The notes under the pieces were generated by a model. It was not told the origin of the DNA. It searched no databases and worked only from the letters and a program-made list of their open reading frames with translations. From Clostridia bacterium (GTDB taxonomy: Bacteria; Bacillota; Clostridia; Oscillospirales; CAG-272), in contig JAGAMJ010000052.1 of NCBI GenBank assembly GCA_017624795.1, forward strand, positions 1 through 28,374: a DNA stretch of 28,374 nt. The letters are read 5' to 3'. Shown here piece after piece: positions 1 to 7,494 of the stretch (positions within the stretch are counted from its first letter, which is position 1; each line of letters opens with the position of its first letter). A program made the position numbers and the translations under genes.

Positions 1-155
1 GTGTACTTCGTAGCGTCGCTTGCGTCCGTGTAGGAAGCAACGGACGTGCTCTCTTGGGTGTCCGTTACCGTCGCAGATGCGCCAACGACAAAAAGTGCCG
101 TGAGCACAAGCACGAACAGAGCGAGAAGAAGTACTTTCTTCCATGTAACTTTCAT
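1..155 (-). CDS. Secreted/surface protein, N-terminal fragment (runs off the window edge)
   Basis: Not in the ORF track. ATG at 155-153 with an AGGAGG SD. Reads MKVTWKKVLLLALFVLVLTALFVVGASA-TVTDTQESTSVASYTDASDATKY..., a Sec signal peptide with an A-S-A cleavage site. Confidence 0.85.
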   Translation of the reverse strand, partial: MKVTWKKVLLLALFVLVLTALFVVGASATVTDTQESTSVASYTDASDATKY

Positions 156-314
156 TTTTGCCTCCTTTTGGGGTACGTTGCCGTCCCCCGCTTGAAAAAT
201 GATTTCGCTTGTATCCCGCACGCAACCGCACACGGGAGCGCTTTGACCTTTGCACCGTCCCTCGCTTCGCAAATGGTATAGCTATGCCAAAGAGGGCGCG
301 CGGCCTTTGCATTT

Positions 315-344
315 ATTATATAATAGTGCACCTTCCTTTGTCAA
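315..344 (-). promoter_or_regulatory. sigmaA promoter for the partial secreted-protein gene
   Basis: TTGACA (344-339), 18 bp spacer, TATAAT (320-315). Implies a ~150-nt leader. Confidence 0.7.
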
Positions 345-489
345 CCGTTTCCATCAAATAAAATTCAAAAAAATCAACTTTTTTTGTGCCCCTTTGTGAC
401 ATTTGAGCAAAACAAATCACAAAATTTGTGCAAGGTGTCAAAAATGATTTTTGCGAAGAAAAAACAAAGCAAAATTGGCGGCAAAACAG

Positions 490-525
490 AAGAAGCGCTC
501 GGCTGCGCGCAGCCGAGCGCTTCTT
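490..525 (-). terminator. Intrinsic terminator after the 368-aa secreted protein
   Basis: Perfect 36-bp palindrome aagaagcgctcggctgcg/cgcagccgagcgcttctt, 8 nt after the stop, followed by a T-rich run on the minus strand. Confidence 0.75.
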
Positions 526-533
526 GTCAAAGG

Positions 534-1640
534 TTAATTTTTGTGCCTGATATAAATTCCGTCGGTCTTCCATTCCTCCGCGCGCTTTGGCGGCGCGTAG
601 GAGCCGCCTATATAGTAAGCGGTCACGGTGTTGAAGTCGGCTCCGTCCTCGCCTACAACAACGTAAACGTCGTACCCCGTTGGGTTATCTCTGTCGTCCG
701 CGATCACGCGATCCAACCGATAGGGCGACACGTAATGCGCGGTGTTAAAATCGTAAAAGGTGAAATGGTCCAGCGAATACTTGCCAAGCACGCCGTCGTT
801 GATGCTGACGTAGACCACCTGATCCAAGCGCGCACGAAGGGCTTGCAGCTGCTCGGCGGTGTAGGGGGAATAGCAGCCGTCCGCCGTCAAATTGGCGTGG
901 CTTGCCGTGGCGGCAGAGGCGCGATCCTCAAAGGCGCAGGCGGTGACGCCGTGCGCGTTGCGTACGTGGTCCTCCAAGCTGTAATCGGCGTAAACGGTAT
1001 GCGTTTTTCCGCCAAATGTGACCGTCAGGTACGCTCTGCCGCAATATTTTTCCAGCAGCGCCTCGCCCCCGATCTCGCCGCTTTTGCCCCCGAAAACGCC
1101 AAGCGCCCCGGCGGTATACAAAAACGCATCGGCGGGGCGATCAAGCAGCCCCTCAACGTCGCTGCCGTGATCGAAGGCAACGGCGTTCGACGCCACATAG
1201 GGCGCGATCAGCACGCCGCATCTGACGCCCGCCTCACCCACCAGCTGCGTAAGGCGGTTGTAATCAGCAAGCGACACCGCGCCGTCAAAGCGCAGCTGCG
1301 TTGGCGCAGCACAGGTCACCGCCGCACCCGTCAGCGTTCTGACCTCCACGCCAACGGCATAAAACGCAAGGTCACCCCTGCCCGCGGCGTCCGAAAAGTC
1401 ATCGCCCGCGGCACAAAGGCGCTCCGCGCCGTCAACGCTCACAGCCCAGCCCACAAATTTCTTGGCACCCATATCGACGCCTTGGGGCAAAGAGAGCGCA
1501 CCGTTTGCGTCGATGTCGACGCGCTCCACCTCACTTGTTCCGTTATAGAAGATCGCGGTGCGCGACTCGGCAGATGCACCAAGCGATAACAGTATGATCG
1601 ATCCAAAGGTCAGGACAAAAAACACGAAAAACCGTTTCAT
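534..1640 (-). CDS. Secreted protein of unknown function (368 aa), possible InlB B-repeat-like first domain
   Basis: ATG at 1640 with a GGAGGT SD. Signal peptide MKRFFVFFVLTFGSIILLSLGASA. An LP..G.....KFVGW motif follows. The upstream in-frame ATG (1679) falls inside the promoter. Confidence 0.8.
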   Translation of the reverse strand: MKRFFVFFVLTFGSIILLSLGASAESRTAIFYNGTSEVERVDIDANGALSLPQGVDMGAKKFVGWAVSVDGAERLCAAGDDFSDAAGRGDLAFYAVGVEVRTLTGAAVTCAAPTQLRFDGAVSLADYNRLTQLVGEAGVRCGVLIAPYVASNAVAFDHGSDVEGLLDRPADAFLYTAGALGVFGGKSGEIGGEALLEKYCGRAYLTVTFGGKTHTVYADYSLEDHVRNAHGVTACAFEDRASAATASHANLTADGCYSPYTAEQLQALRARLDQVVYVSINDGVLGKYSLDHFTFYDFNTAHYVSPYRLDRVIADDRDNPTGYDVYVVVGEDGADFNTVTAYYIGGSYAPPKRAEEWKTDGIYIRHKN

Positions 1641-1667
1641 CGCTACCTCCTGCATTTCTATGCGCCT

Positions 1668-1750
1668 ATTGTACCACATTCGGCAAAAAAAAGCAAGAGG
1701 AAAGCGAAATCACACGCCGCCTTGCAAAAGGAAAAAAATTGTGCTATACT
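1668..1750. promoter_or_regulatory. Divergent sigmaA promoters (secreted protein on -, comM on +)
   Basis: Minus: TTGCTT (1696-1691)-17-TACAAT (1673-1668) with an extended TG. Plus: TTGCAA (1722-1727)-17-TATACT (1745-1750) with an extended TG. Confidence 0.7.
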
Positions 1751-1780
1751 GAAAAAAGCAACAGGAAAGGACGTGATACC

Positions 1781-3325
1781 ATGCTATCCACCGTATACAG
1801 TGCAGGGATTGCCGGCATCGACGGCTTTATCGTCAGCGTGGAATGTGACGCGCAGGAGCGCCTTGGCAATTTTGAGATCGTGGGACTGCCCGATCTTGCC
1901 GTCAAGGAGGCAAAGGAACGCGTTCGCACCGCCGCTTACAACAGCGGCTTTCGCTTCCCAGCCCACACCATCACCGTGAATTTAGCGCCCGCCGACCGCA
2001 AAAAGGAGGGCTCCGCCTTTGACGTGGCGATCCTTACGGGTATCTTTCGGTGCGCGGGCATCATTCGCCACACCGCGGATCTTTCAAGGGCTTGCTTCCT
2101 TGGCGAGCTGTCGCTTTCGGGCGGTATCCGCGCCGTGCGCGGCGCGCTTTCGATGTGCGTTGCGGCAAAAGAGGCAGGGCTTACCGAGATCTTCGTGCCT
2201 GCCGAAAACGCCGCCGAGGCGGCGGCTGTCGCGGGCATCACGGTCTACCCCCTCACGGATATGCGTACCCTTGTGGCACACCTGAACGGCGAGCAGCGCA
2301 TCGCGCCAACGCAAGCGGATCACGCCTCCTTCGCGGACGCGGTGCTGCACAGCACGCTTGATTTTGCCGACGTGAGAGGTCAATCTATGGCAAAGCGCGC
2401 CATGGAGATCGCCGCTGCCGGCGGACACAATATTCTTTTGATCGGACCGCCCGGCACGGGCAAGTCGATGCTCGCGAAGCGCCTGCCCACCATTTTGCCG
2501 CCCCTCACCTTTGACGAGGCGATCGAAACCACCAAGGTCCATTCGGTGGCGGGCACGCTGCAAGCGTCGCAATCGCTGCTGTCGGCGCGTCCCTTCCGCT
2601 CGCCCCATCACACCATGTCGGCGGTCAGTCTTGTGGGCGGTGGCGCAAACCCTACCCCCGGTGAGGTTTCACTTGCGCACAACGGGGTGCTGTTTTTGGA
2701 CGAGCTGCCCGAATTTCCCAAGACCGTGACCGACACCCTGCGTCAGCCCTTGGAGGATCGCCGCGTCACCATCACCCGTGCCAGCGGTCGGGTGACCTTC
2801 CCCTGCTCGTTTATGCTGGTGGGCGCGATGAACCCCTGCCGCTGCGGCTATTTCGGTCACCCCACTAAGGCATGCACCTGCTCGCCAAACGACGTGAAGC
2901 GCTACGTATCGCGCATCAGCGGTCCGCTGCTTGACCGCATCGACATTGAGGTCGAGCTTCCCTCCCTTTCCTACGACGAGCTTTCGGCAAAGGAAGCAAA
3001 TGCCGAAACCTCTGCCCAGGTCAGAGCGCGCGTGATCCGCGCCAGAGCCGTCGCCGCCGAGCGTATGGCATCGGAAAAGGGCATCTTCTGCAACGCGCAG
3101 CTGGACGCCGCGGGCATTCGCAAATACTGCACGGCGGACAGCGCAGCGACAGCACTTTTGCGCGGCGCTTACGACAGTATGGGGCTTTCCGCCAGAGGTT
3201 ACGACCGCATCATGCGCGTGGCGCGCACGGTCGCCGACCTGGAGGGCAGCGAGATCATTCGCGCGCCGCATATTGCCGAGGCGATCCAGCTGCGCAGTCT
3301 TGACCGTAAATATTGGGGAAATTAA
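1781..3325 (+). CDS. comM: YifB/ComM family Mg-chelatase-like AAA+ ATPase (514 aa)
   Basis: ChlI-like N-terminus (IVGLPD.AVKEAKERVR..A..NSGF; VNLAPAD..KEGS.FD), Walker A GPPGTGKS, RPFRSPHHT, GE.SLAHNGVLFLDE, SGPLLDRID, LSARGYDRI. SD GGAAAGG before ATG 1781. Confidence 0.93.
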   Translation: MLSTVYSAGIAGIDGFIVSVECDAQERLGNFEIVGLPDLAVKEAKERVRTAAYNSGFRFPAHTITVNLAPADRKKEGSAFDVAILTGIFRCAGIIRHTADLSRACFLGELSLSGGIRAVRGALSMCVAAKEAGLTEIFVPAENAAEAAAVAGITVYPLTDMRTLVAHLNGEQRIAPTQADHASFADAVLHSTLDFADVRGQSMAKRAMEIAAAGGHNILLIGPPGTGKSMLAKRLPTILPPLTFDEAIETTKVHSVAGTLQASQSLLSARPFRSPHHTMSAVSLVGGGANPTPGEVSLAHNGVLFLDELPEFPKTVTDTLRQPLEDRRVTITRASGRVTFPCSFMLVGAMNPCRCGYFGHPTKACTCSPNDVKRYVSRISGPLLDRIDIEVELPSLSYDELSAKEANAETSAQVRARVIRARAVAAERMASEKGIFCNAQLDAAGIRKYCTADSAATALLRGAYDSMGLSARGYDRIMRVARTVADLEGSEIIRAPHIAEAIQLRSLDRKYWGN

Positions 3326-3370
3326 CGCGCAACAAAACGATGAGAAGCCCCTCCCCCAAAGACAAAACAA

Positions 3371-3414
3371 GCGCTCCGTTTGCAAATTAAGCCACAAACG
3401 GGGCGCGTTTTTTT
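3371..3414 (+). terminator. Intrinsic terminator after comM
   Basis: Stem gcgctccgtttg (3371-3382) / caaacggggcgc (3395-3406), then a T7 run. Confidence 0.75.
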
Positions 3415-3521
3415 CACTTTTTGCTACAAAGCACCGCACGCTGTCAGACACGCGGCACGATCGCTCCTCCTCCCCTTTTGACCAAAGAAAAAGTTGGCTT
3501 TTTGGAAATCGCGCGATGCCC

Positions 3522-3551
3522 CTTGACTTTTTGCACAAAATCGGGTACAAT
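3522..3551 (+). promoter_or_regulatory. sigmaA promoter for the DUF1292 gene
   Basis: TTGACT (3522-3527)-18-TACAAT (3546-3551). Confidence 0.6.
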
Positions 3552-3584
3552 AAAAGCAGAAAACCGCAAAAGAGGTGACTGATA

Positions 3585-3887
3585 ATGGACGAAAAGAAGA
3601 TGCAAGAGGCAGAGGTTGAGATCTACACCCTGCAAGATGAAGAGGGCAACGAGCACGAGTTCGAGCTGATCGGCACTTGTGAAAGAGGCGGCGTGACCTA
3701 CTACGCCATGATCCCCGCCGAGGAAAACGAAAAGGAAGACGAGTTCTGCGAGTATGTGATCCTCAAGGGCGTTGTGGAAAACGGCGAGGAGTCGCTTGTT
3801 TCGATCGACGATGACGACGAGTTTGACGACGTTGCCGATTATTTTGACGATCTGTTCTCCGAGGAGATCGATTACGACGCAAAATAA
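3585..3887 (+). CDS. DUF1292 family acidic protein (100 aa)
   Basis: Typical pattern IYTL.DEEGNEHEFELI.......TYYAMIP...L.SI.DDDEFD.V...F. GAGGTG SD. Confidence 0.88.
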   Translation: MDEKKMQEAEVEIYTLQDEEGNEHEFELIGTCERGGVTYYAMIPAEENEKEDEFCEYVILKGVVENGEESLVSIDDDDEFDDVADYFDDLFSEEIDYDAK

Positions 3888-3928
3888 AAAATGAAAAACG
3901 CCTGCTGAGTGCGTGATAATCGTGTTTG

Positions 3929-4105
3929 TGGAGCCTACACGCGTGATATGGAGCCCGGAAGGTCCGACGTGGTTTGCAGACCTCCCTTTCCGTACCGATC
4001 GACTTGTCTCGGGACGGGGTGAAGGACGTTGGGAGCAGTAAAGCGATCGGCAGGGCACCGCCTTGTAATATACAGGGTTCTCGTCTCGCGATCTACACGG
4101 CTTGG
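3929..4105 (+). ncRNA. ssrS: 6S RNA (probable)
   Basis: ~177-nt irregular long hairpin: gagcc/ggctt, cgcgtgat/gtctcgcg, gagccc/gggttc, a large asymmetric central bubble, then the upper stem ccgatcg/cgatcgg. The 3' side has a CCTTG...AGGGTTC segment resembling 6S RNAs. Candidate promoter ATGAAA-18-GATAAT (3891-3920). Confidence 0.72.
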
Positions 4106-4193
4106 CGGGTTTTGGGACATTTTGGCGCAAAAAAGCGATACCGTTTTGCTTTTTCCGCGCCAAAACATTTAAGCTCCCTGCTCTGGTGGGCAA

Positions 4194-4237
4194 GCAAAAA
4201 AGCTCCGCGCGAATGCTTTCGCGCGGAGCTTTTTTGC
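4194..4237. terminator. Bidirectional intrinsic terminator (6S locus / WG-repeat gene)
   Basis: Perfect 20-bp arms gcaaaaaagctccgcgcgaa / ttcgcgcggagcttttttgc with a 4-nt loop and A/T tracts on both sides. Confidence 0.88.
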
Positions 4238-4246
4238 ATATAACCG

Positions 4247-5662
4247 TCAATCCAAGACAAGCAGCTGGACCAACACTTGAAGCGATATCATCGAAAAATC
4301 GCCGTCCCCGACGAACTGCCCCTTCTTATTGACGATGCGATAAAGGAGCTTGCCGTCCTCTTCCTTATAAAACAGCACGGCGTAGCCGTCCTCGGTGAAA
4401 CGCGTGACATGTGCGCACGCGGCGTCGGGACGGAACTGCTCCTTGCCGCCTTTGTCAATATAGAGCCAGCCCTCATCGTCCTTCACGGCGGCAACACCGC
4501 TGTGGAACGAGCCCGCTTGCTCGAACGAGGGATCGATCACGTATTTTCCGTAATAATCAATGTACCCCCACAAGCCACTTTCCGCGTCGGGGCAGACCGC
4601 CGCAAGACTGTTGTCGTCGTCAAAGGGCAGCGCAAGATCGAACACGGGCTCGATCACGTAGGTATTGCTGCTGTTGATGAAACCGAATTTTCCATTCGAT
4701 TTGACCAACGCAAGCCCGTTTTCCCCAAAGGGGTACGCCTGCTCATAGCTTGGCGCGATCGCATATATACCTTCCAGATTGATGTAACCGTAAGCGCCGT
4801 CCTTTTCGACCAGTGCAAGTCCGTTTTCGGTAAAGGGATACAGCGCGTCAAACTGCGGATTGAAGACATATTCGCCGCTTTTATCGATCATGCCCCATTT
4901 TCCAAAGGTATAGATCGCGGCATAGCCGTCCACGCCAAAGCTTTGCGCGTTGTCGTATTGCGGCTCGATCACATAAATACCCTTGCGGTTGATATATCCG
5001 TATTTTCCCCCGATCTGGATCAGGGCAAGACCGTTTTCGGTAAAGGCGCAGGCGCTGTCAAATTGCGGATTGATGACAAGCGCGCCCGTTTCGTCGATAT
5101 ATCCCCACGAGCCGTTTGCCTTGATCGGTGCATAGTCGTGCTCGCCAAAATTCTGCGCCGCCTCATAGACGGGCTGGATCACGAATTCACCCTTGCGATC
5201 AATGAAGCCCCAATGCCCTGCGTAACAGACCGCAGCATAACCGTTTTCACCGAAATCAGACACCTCGTCAAAGCGTGCCTCGATCACCTGCTCGCCGTTG
5301 CCGTTGATGTAACCCCAAAGCGGTTGGTCGGTGCCGTTGTCGACCATAACGGGCGTCAGCCCCTCGCAAAACAGCTCGACCTCGGGACGTGCCGGAACGG
5401 CGGGATCTGCCACAAGCGCCGTCACCACCATACCGATGAAGCCCGCGATGATGAGCAGCGGGATCATGAACAGAAAATGCGCGGCGCTGAGCCGCCACTT
5501 TTTGTAGGAAGGAGAATATTCGGTGACGTAAGCGTGCTTCCCGAGCGATTGCGGGATCTCGGGCGTGTCGCCAATGTTTTCTTCATTGAGCTCCATACCG
5601 CAGTTGGGGCAATAAGAAGCTTCCTCAGGCAGCTTGACGCCGCAGGTCCGACAGAACAGCAT
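4247..5662 (-). CDS. Zinc-ribbon + transmembrane + WG-repeat protein (471 aa)
   Basis: ATG 5662 with SD GAAAGGAG. CRTC...CPNC ribbon, one TM helix (HFLFMIPLLIIAGFIGMVVTALVA), ~9 W/Y/F-G-(Y/F)-I-(D/N)-x-x-G repeats spaced ~45 aa apart. Confidence 0.88.
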   Translation of the reverse strand: MLFCRTCGVKLPEEASYCPNCGMELNEENIGDTPEIPQSLGKHAYVTEYSPSYKKWRLSAAHFLFMIPLLIIAGFIGMVVTALVADPAVPARPEVELFCEGLTPVMVDNGTDQPLWGYINGNGEQVIEARFDEVSDFGENGYAAVCYAGHWGFIDRKGEFVIQPVYEAAQNFGEHDYAPIKANGSWGYIDETGALVINPQFDSACAFTENGLALIQIGGKYGYINRKGIYVIEPQYDNAQSFGVDGYAAIYTFGKWGMIDKSGEYVFNPQFDALYPFTENGLALVEKDGAYGYINLEGIYAIAPSYEQAYPFGENGLALVKSNGKFGFINSSNTYVIEPVFDLALPFDDDNSLAAVCPDAESGLWGYIDYYGKYVIDPSFEQAGSFHSGVAAVKDDEGWLYIDKGGKEQFRPDAACAHVTRFTEDGYAVLFYKEEDGKLLYRIVNKKGQFVGDGDFSMISLQVLVQLLVLD

Positions 5663-5695
5663 AACGCACTCTCCTTTCCAAAATCGATTTATCAC

Positions 5696-5724
5696 AGTAT
5701 ATCACAAATGCCACCATTTGTCAA
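5696..5724 (-). promoter_or_regulatory. sigmaA promoter for the WG-repeat gene
   Basis: TTGACA (5724-5719)-17-TATACT (5701-5696). Confidence 0.7.
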
Positions 5725-5752
5725 TAAAGGGCATAGCCCTTTTGGGTGGTGG

Positions 5753-7348
5753 TCAGATGCGGTCAAAATCCTCCAGCAAAAGCGTGGGGTTGTTATCGAT
5801 CGCCCATTTGATGCTCCACTGCCCTGTGAACAGCAGATAGTAACGTCCAAACACGTCGCGCACGACCTTGGTGTCCGAGGCGAGGTTGAGCGTGGCGATA
5901 TTGATCTCCTCATTGGCGATGCGCTGAATGAATTGGAACGGCAGCGCGCTGTGGAGATACTTCACGCCGTATTCGCTTTCCATACGGAATTTCAGCACGT
6001 CGTATTGCAAAACGCCGATGACGCCAACCACCACGCGCTCAAAGCCGCCGTCGGGCTCGAAGAAGATACGGATCGCGCCCTCCTTGGCGATCTGATCCAT
6101 ACCCTTGGCAAACTGCTTGCGCTTCATCGAGTCGATCTGCTCGACCATGGCGAAATGCTCGGGTGCGAAGGTGGGAATACCCGCAAAGGTCACCTTGCTT
6201 TCCTTGGTGCAAACCGTGTCGCCGATGGAAAAGATGCCCGGATCGAACACGCCGATGATATCGCCCGCAAACGCTTCTTCAACGCCCTCTCTCTCCTGTG
6301 CCATCATCTGCTGGGGCTGCGAGAGCTTGATCGGTCGCTTGCCCTGCACGTGATAGTATTCCTTGCCGCGTTCAAATTTTCCCGATACGATACGCAAAAA
6401 CGCGATACGGTCGCGGTGTGCCTTGTTCATATTGGCTTGGATCTTGAACACGAACGCCGAAAAGCCCTCGTCAAACGGGGTGACCGTTCCTGCGTCCGAG
6501 TCACGGGACAGGGGGGCCGTGGTCATTTCCAAAAAGCCCTCCAAAAAATCCTCCACGCCGAAGTTGTTGAGCGCCGAGCCGAAATACACGGGCGAGAGCT
6601 TGCCGCGCGAGATCGCGTCCGCGTCAAAATCAAAGCTCGCGCCGTCCAGCAGCTCCACCTGCTCGCAAAGCTCCTCGCGCAGATTCTCACCGATAAGCCC
6701 GTCCAGCTTCTCTGTATCGGATATGTCACATTCGATCACGTTCAAGCGGTTGCGTCCGCCGTGAAAATTGTCAAAGGTGTGGATCGCCCGCGCGCGGCGG
6801 TCGTATACGCCCTTGAAGGTCACGCCGCAGCTGATGGGCCAGTTCATCGGATAAGTGCCGATGCCGAATTCGCGTTCCAGCTCGTCCAGAAGGTCAAAGG
6901 GATCACGCGCCTCACGGTCCATTTTGTTGATGAAGGTGAAGATCGGAATACCGCGTTTGGCGCATACGTGAAAGAGTTTTCGCGTCTGCGGCTCGATGCC
7001 CTTCGCCGCGTCGATCACCATGACGGCACTGTCCGTCGCCATCAGCGTGCGATAGGTATCCTCCGAGAAATCCTGGTGCCCGGGGGTATCCAGAATGTTG
7101 ATGCAGTAGTCATTGTAGCAGAACTGCATCACCGACGAGGTAACCGAAATGCCGCGCTGCTTTTCCAGCTCCATCCAGTCGGAAACGGCGTGCTTGTCGC
7201 TCTGCTTGCCCTTCACCGAGCCCGCCGATTGGATCGCGCCGCCGTAAAGCAGCAGCTTTTCGGTGAGCGTCGTCTTACCCGCGTCGGGGTGCGAAATGAT
7301 CGCAAAGGTGCGGCGGCGTTCTATTTCTTTTCTCGTTCTTTGGTCCAT
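5753..7348 (-). CDS. prfC: Peptide chain release factor 3 (531 aa)
   Basis: RRTFAIISHPDAGKTTLTEKLLLYGGAI, SDWMELEKQRGISVTSS, DTPGHQDFSEDTYR, NKMD, FKIQANM...HRDRIAF. Confidence 0.97.
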   Translation of the reverse strand: MDQRTRKEIERRRTFAIISHPDAGKTTLTEKLLLYGGAIQSAGSVKGKQSDKHAVSDWMELEKQRGISVTSSVMQFCYNDYCINILDTPGHQDFSEDTYRTLMATDSAVMVIDAAKGIEPQTRKLFHVCAKRGIPIFTFINKMDREARDPFDLLDELEREFGIGTYPMNWPISCGVTFKGVYDRRARAIHTFDNFHGGRNRLNVIECDISDTEKLDGLIGENLREELCEQVELLDGASFDFDADAISRGKLSPVYFGSALNNFGVEDFLEGFLEMTTAPLSRDSDAGTVTPFDEGFSAFVFKIQANMNKAHRDRIAFLRIVSGKFERGKEYYHVQGKRPIKLSQPQQMMAQEREGVEEAFAGDIIGVFDPGIFSIGDTVCTKESKVTFAGIPTFAPEHFAMVEQIDSMKRKQFAKGMDQIAKEGAIRIFFEPDGGFERVVVGVIGVLQYDVLKFRMESEYGVKYLHSALPFQFIQRIANEEINIATLNLASDTKVVRDVFGRYYLLFTGQWSIKWAIDNNPTLLLEDFDRI

Positions 7349-7389
7349 AATTGCGTCCTTTTATCTTACAGAAATATTATAGCTGATAT

Positions 7390-7418
7390 ATTATACCTCA
7401 TTTTATGGGAATTTGCAA
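7390..7418 (-). promoter_or_regulatory. sigmaA promoter for prfC
   Basis: TTGCAA (7418-7413)-17-TATAAT (7395-7390). Confidence 0.7.
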
Positions 7419-7444
7419 GAGGGCGGTACGACCGTTTGCACAAC

Positions 7445-7487
7445 AACAAAAAAACGGCGGAAAGCGCTGCTTCCGCCGTTTTTTGTT
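7445..7487 (-). terminator. Intrinsic terminator after mscS
   Basis: 14-bp stem aaaaaacggcggaa / ttccgccgtttttt with T tracts on both strands. Confidence 0.8.
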
Positions 7488-7494
7488 CGAACAC

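Noticed and set aside
200-300. c-di-GMP-I or c-di-AMP riboswitch in the first leader
   Set aside because: Only fragments (GGGACG, GCAAAG) resemble the consensus, and order and spacing do not fit; kept only as an unassigned structured leader.
384-1589. Long plus-strand ORFs (401 aa here; also 13481-15004, 18279-19718, 19866-21017) and minus-strand 24057-25007
   Set aside because: All lie antisense to clear genes and have no family motifs; explained by codon bias.
3935-4243. Short ORFs (77-89 aa) over the DUF1292-WG intergenic region
   Set aside because: No SD; they overlap the 6S-like structure and the terminator.
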